Source: an uncultured Actinomycetes bacterium (lineage in GTDB: Bacteria > Actinomycetota > Thermoleophilia > Gaiellales > Gaiellaceae). From it: a stretch of DNA of 64,000 bases. The notes beneath the pieces were generated by a model. The model saw only the letters and a list, made by a program, of their open reading frames with translations, made no database searches and was not told the DNA's origin. Below are positions 60,529 to 64,000 of this stretch, piece after piece. Position numbers and translations under genes: made by a program. The number at the start of each line of letters is the position of its first letter. The first letter of the stretch is position 1. The DNA lies in contig CAVYMQ010000002.1 in NCBI GenBank assembly GCA_963769665.1, positions 42,478-106,477 on the forward strand, in the 5' to 3' direction.

Positions 60529-61556
60529 GCGGCGTTCTGCTCACGTCGGTCGTCGGGAGCTATCCCCAGCCCGACTGGCTGATCGACCGGGAGCGGCTCG
60601 GCGACCGGCTCCCGCCGCGAGTACGAGCTCGTGAGCTGTGGCGCGTCGAGGAGGCGTACCTCGAGGAGGCGCAGGACGATGCGACCCGCATCGCCGTGCG
60701 AGACATGGAGCGCGCCGGCGTCGACGTGATCACGGACGGCGAGATGCGCAGGGAGAGCTACTCCAACCGGTTCGCGACGGCACTCGACGGTGTCGACCTC
60801 GATCAGCCCGGTGTCGCGCTCGACCGCACGGGTCACGAGAATCCCGTTCCGCGAGTGGTCGGCCCGATCCGCCGCACCCGACCGGTCGAGGTTCGAGACG
60901 TCGAGTTCCTCCGCTCGATCACCGACCGCCGGATCAAGATCACGGTGCCGGGGCCGTTCACGATGACGCAGCAGGCGCAGAACGACCACTACGATGACGA
61001 TCGGAGCCTCGCGCTCGCCTACGCGGAAGCGGTCAACGAGGAGCTCCAGGATCTCAAGGCGGCCGGCGCCGACGTCGTGCAGATCGACGAGCCGTATCTC
61101 CAGGCGCGACCGGAGCCCGCGCGCGAGTACGCACTCGAGGCGATCAACCGCGCGCTCGACGGGATCGAGGGGGAGACGGTTCTCCACACCTGCTTCGGCT
61201 ACGCGCACATCGTCCACGAGCGGCTTCCCGGCTATCCGTTCCTCCGCGAGCTCGCGCAGTGCGACGCGACGCACGTCTCGCTCGAAGCTGCGCAGCCGAA
61301 CCTCGATCCCGAGTTGTTGCGCGACCTTGCCGACAAGACGATCGTGCTGGGCGTCCTCGATCTCGGCTCGAGCACTGTCGAGACGTCGCACGTCGTCGCC
61401 GACCGGATCCGTCGAGCGCTCACGGTGCTGCCGCCGGAGCGGCTCGTGCTCGCGCCCGACTGCGGGATGAAGTACCTCTCGCGCGAGACGGCGTTCCGCA
61501 AGCTCGAGGCGATGGTCGAGGGCGCACGCGTCGTGCGCGAAGAGCTGGGCCTCTAA
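60525..61556 (+). CDS. cobalamin-independent methionine synthase (MetE C-terminal domain)-like protein
   Basis: GTG at 60525 overlaps the previous stop. It has VVGSYPQPDWL, DGEMRRESY, HTCFGY and APDCGMKY (zinc ligands H, C, C). Confidence 0.8.
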   Translation: MSGVLLTSVVGSYPQPDWLIDRERLGDRLPPRVRARELWRVEEAYLEEAQDDATRIAVRDMERAGVDVITDGEMRRESYSNRFATALDGVDLDQPGVALDRTGHENPVPRVVGPIRRTRPVEVRDVEFLRSITDRRIKITVPGPFTMTQQAQNDHYDDDRSLALAYAEAVNEELQDLKAAGADVVQIDEPYLQARPEPAREYALEAINRALDGIEGETVLHTCFGYAHIVHERLPGYPFLRELAQCDATHVSLEAAQPNLDPELLRDLADKTIVLGVLDLGSSTVETSHVVADRIRRALTVLPPERLVLAPDCGMKYLSRETAFRKLEAMVEGARVVREELGL

Positions 61557-61687
61557 CAGCTCGTACCTCGTTCGAGGGGTTTTCCCCGCGGACGCCGACT
61601 CAGGGGCCATACTGGGAAGACGGTGTTTCGCTGCGGCTCACCGTGTGATTCAGATGAGTCCGCAACAGCGAGAGGAGCCGTAGCGAG

Positions 61688-62977
61688 ATGCCGACCTGGA
61701 CGACTTGGGTTCTCGTCGGGATCGTGCTGTGGCTCGGCATCTTCATCCTTCTCGGGATCTTCGCCGGAGCGTTGATCGCCGTCGGCCGCGGCGGCGCCGA
61801 CCGCGCCGAGCGGGCCAGCGCGCTGAGCTCAGCAGCTTCGAGGCGCTCGCGAAGATCGCCGATCGCCTCAGTCATCTCGCCCGAGCTCGACCGGGAGCGA
61901 GTCCTCGTGGTCGACGACGACCCCGGCCTTCGGTTGCTCCTGCGCACGACGCTGCCGGCGAGCGAGTTCCACGTCGAGGAGGCGGATTCGGCCGAAGCTG
62001 CCAAGGAGACCGCCAAGTTCTTTCGCCCGGAAGTCGTCATCCTCGACATCGGCCTTCGCGGGCAGGACGGGCTCGCGTTCTGCCGCGAGCTCAAGCGTTC
62101 CGCGCGTTCGCCCCACGTGATCCTGCTCACCGGCGCCGACATCGACGGCGAGCGGCTTCGCAGCGCGGGGGCCGACGCGTGGTTGCGGAAGCCGTTCAGC
62201 CCGGTCGAGCTGCTCATGCTCGTGGACAAGGTCAGCCACGAGACCAGCCTGGTCGACGCCGGTGCGTCGGCGTCGGCAGATGAGCAACTCCTGATCTACG
62301 CGCGTGACCTCAGCCGCGTCGTCGAGGTCGAGCGAGGGCAGCGCCGGCTCCTGCAGCACGCCTACCGCCAGACCGTGACTGCACTCTCCGACGCACTCGA
62401 AGCCAAGGACCGGTCGACGGGTCAGCACGGTCGCCGCGTGCAACGGTACGGGCTCGAGCTCGCTGCGGCGTACGACGAGTCGCTGGTCGCCGACCCCAGC
62501 CTCGAATACGGGTTCCTGCTCCACGACGTCGGTAAGATCGGAATCCCGGAGACGATTCTCCGCAAGCCGGGTCCGCTCGACGACACCGAGCGGCGGCTGA
62601 TGCAGCGTCATCCGCTGCTGGGCGTCGAGATTCTCGACGGCATTCCGCTCCTCGAGGGAGCAGGGCTCGAGGTCGTGCGCTCGCACCACGAGCGCTGGGA
62701 CGGCAGGGGCTACCCGGACGGTCTCGCAGGCGAGGAGATTCCGGTGGCCGCCCGCATCTTCGCGCTCGCCGACGCGCTCGACGCGATCACCACCGATCGC
62801 CCGTACCGCAAGCGGCTCTCCTGGGAGACCGCGATCGACGAGATCCTCGGAAACAGCAACTCGCAGTTTCGACCCCGGCGTGGTCGCGGCGTTCGCGCTG
62901 CGCGAGAGCAGGCTCAGGCAGATCGCCGCGGAGCTGACCGAACGCGCCGCGTGAGCCTGGCTACTCGAGTGCGCTGA
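61688..62977 (+). CDS. membrane-anchored response-regulator receiver + HD-GYP phosphodiesterase (3' end apparently frameshifted)
   Basis: N-terminal TM helix, REC domain (VLVVDDDP, ILDIGL, KPF), then HD-GYP (LLHDVGKIG, HHERWDGRGYP). After ...NSQF the frame turns Arg-rich, while the +1 frame reads DPGVVAAF...stop at 62954. Confidence 0.8.
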   Translation: MPTWTTWVLVGIVLWLGIFILLGIFAGALIAVGRGGADRAERASALSSAASRRSRRSPIASVISPELDRERVLVVDDDPGLRLLLRTTLPASEFHVEEADSAEAAKETAKFFRPEVVILDIGLRGQDGLAFCRELKRSARSPHVILLTGADIDGERLRSAGADAWLRKPFSPVELLMLVDKVSHETSLVDAGASASADEQLLIYARDLSRVVEVERGQRRLLQHAYRQTVTALSDALEAKDRSTGQHGRRVQRYGLELAAAYDESLVADPSLEYGFLLHDVGKIGIPETILRKPGPLDDTERRLMQRHPLLGVEILDGIPLLEGAGLEVVRSHHERWDGRGYPDGLAGEEIPVAARIFALADALDAITTDRPYRKRLSWETAIDEILGNSNSQFRPRRGRGVRAAREQAQADRRGADRTRRVSLATRVR

Positions 62978-63692
62978 TCGCGAACGCGATCGCGAACCCG
63001 AGCGTCGTCGCGAGCCCGACGAGCTTCCCGCCGTGATCGAACGCCTCCGGCATCATCGTGTCGGCGAGCATCGTCAGGATTGCCCCGGCCGCGAACGAGA
63101 GCACGAACGCGATCGCCGACCCGCTCGCGTCGTCGAAGAAGACATAGCCGGCGAGCGACGACAACGCGGTTACCAACGCGACGAGCAGCCAGAGCACGAT
63201 CGTGTTTCGGCGGCTCCAGCCCGCGCGCGTCAGGCCGCTGGTCGCCGCGATCGCCTCCGGAAGGTTCGAGAGGAACACCGCGGCCAGCATCGCGGCACTG
63301 ACGACGCCTCCCTGGACGATCGTCAGGCCCAGCACGATCGACTCGGGGATCCCGTCCAGCACGATTCCGAGGAGGATCGCCAGCGGAGAGCCCGAGGCCT
63401 GCTCACCGGACGAGCTCTTTCGGTTGTCACCGCCGTAGCGGTCGATCAACGTGTCGCCGACGAAGAACGTGGCCGCGCCGGCGAAGAGGCCGAGCGGGAC
63501 CGCCCAGGGCCCATCTGCCGTGACAAAGGCCTCGCTGACGAGCTCGTACGCCACCGCCGAGATGAGCACCCCGGCTCCGAACGCCATCACGAGGCCGAGG
63601 AGCCGAACGCTTACGGGCGTGAACATCGCGATCAGCGCGCCGAGGACGAGCGACGAGCCCGCGACGGCACCCCAGAAGAGTGCGGCCCCCAT
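62961..63692 (-). CDS. ZIP family metal transporter (ZupT-like)
   Basis: Eight hydrophobic helices, a central Ser/Gly-rich loop, and an LPEAIA motif. Confidence 0.8.
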   Translation of the reverse strand: MGAALFWGAVAGSSLVLGALIAMFTPVSVRLLGLVMAFGAGVLISAVAYELVSEAFVTADGPWAVPLGLFAGAATFFVGDTLIDRYGGDNRKSSSGEQASGSPLAILLGIVLDGIPESIVLGLTIVQGGVVSAAMLAAVFLSNLPEAIAATSGLTRAGWSRRNTIVLWLLVALVTALSSLAGYVFFDDASGSAIAFVLSFAAGAILTMLADTMMPEAFDHGGKLVGLATTLGFAIAFAISALE

Positions 63693-63774
63693 TACGGGTT
63701 CCGGCGTCCAGACTCGGTCGGCGACGCAAACAGGCGCTCAGTATCGCCCGGAAGCGCACGCGTAGGATCACGTC

Positions 63775-64000
63775 GTGTCCCGAGCCGAGGCCCTGCCTTT
63801 GTCAGCGCGCGAACCGGCAGCGGCCTATGCGACCTGCCGGCGCATGCTTCGGAGGCACGACCCGACCTACTACCTCGCGGTTTCCCGGCTTCCGAAACAG
63901 AAACGCTCAGCTGTGTACGCGCTCTACGGCTTCGTTCGGGGCGCCGACGAGATCGTCGACGGGGCCGGCTCCGACCTTCGACCGGACGAGCGCCGCGCGG
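63775..64000 (+). CDS. phytoene/squalene synthase family protein, 3' end outside window
   Basis: GTG at 63775. The sequence has YATCRRMLRRHDPTYYLAV..LP...R.AVYALYGFVRGADEIVD, a typical N-terminus with the first Asp-rich region beginning. Confidence 0.75.
   Translation, partial: MSRAEALPLSAREPAAAYATCRRMLRRHDPTYYLAVSRLPKQKRSAVYALYGFVRGADEIVDGAGSDLRPDERRA

Noticed and set aside
61566-61583. Terminator after the MetE-like gene (CCTC-GTTC-GAGG followed by GGTTTT).
   Set aside because: The stem is only 4 bp, which is too weak to call. The neighbouring GGGG-TTTT-CCCC mini-hairpin is equally marginal.
63693-63774. Zur/metal-responsive operator upstream of the ZIP transporter.
   Set aside because: No AT-rich palindrome of the Zur/Fur type is present in the 82-nt spacer.

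Overview
This is a 64-kb, high-GC, actinobacterial-type chromosomal window that is densely coding, with about 70 supportable genes. I found no rRNA, no intact tRNA, no CRISPR array and no recognisable integrase or transposase.

Gene content from left to right:
- A VWA protein and a Ser/Thr kinase.
- A cell-envelope glycan block: ABC-2 exporter, several glycosyltransferases, an FAD enzyme and an LCP-like protein.
- A membrane-lipid tailoring block: acyl desaturase, amine-oxidase-like FAD enzyme, DUF1365, two CFA-synthase-family methyltransferases, an acyltransferase and DUF1295.
- Two paralogous STAND (P-loop NTPase plus TPR) proteins with different N-terminal modules, DUF4062-like versus SARP/BTAD.
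- glgC, a secreted HExxH protease and a large secreted FN3 protein.
- A minus-strand stress-type operon with a two-component system, a STAS protein, a thioredoxin-like protein and small CEC-x4-C proteins.
- DUF883-like, holin-X, DUF3618, Mn-catalase and DUF2254 genes.
- Two overlapping GTPase genes.
- A ROK-controlled sugar ABC operon.
- A TetR/dehydrogenase operon.
- A cysteine-synthase, citryl-CoA-lyase-like, PaaK-like and MetE-like cluster.
- A REC-HD-GYP protein, a ZIP transporter and the start of a phytoene/squalene synthase.

The most unusual signal is a family of direct repeats that end in the 3' half of a tRNA-Ala(CGC). There are three full copies, each exactly 150 nt, plus one 59-nt copy and one degenerate copy. 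They have a conserved 5' module and their own downstream hairpins. They split the left half of the window into segments of 10.0, 16.8 and 1.4 kb.

Other notable points:
- Two apparent single-nucleotide frameshifts, in the DUF4062 STAND gene and in the HD-GYP gene.
- Gene remnants next to the repeats.
- Mirror-image glycosyltransferase paralogs.
- A three-member small cysteine-protein family.
- A repeated TetR-type operator motif.

All calls rest on reading the sequence and the ORF translations. No database search was run.
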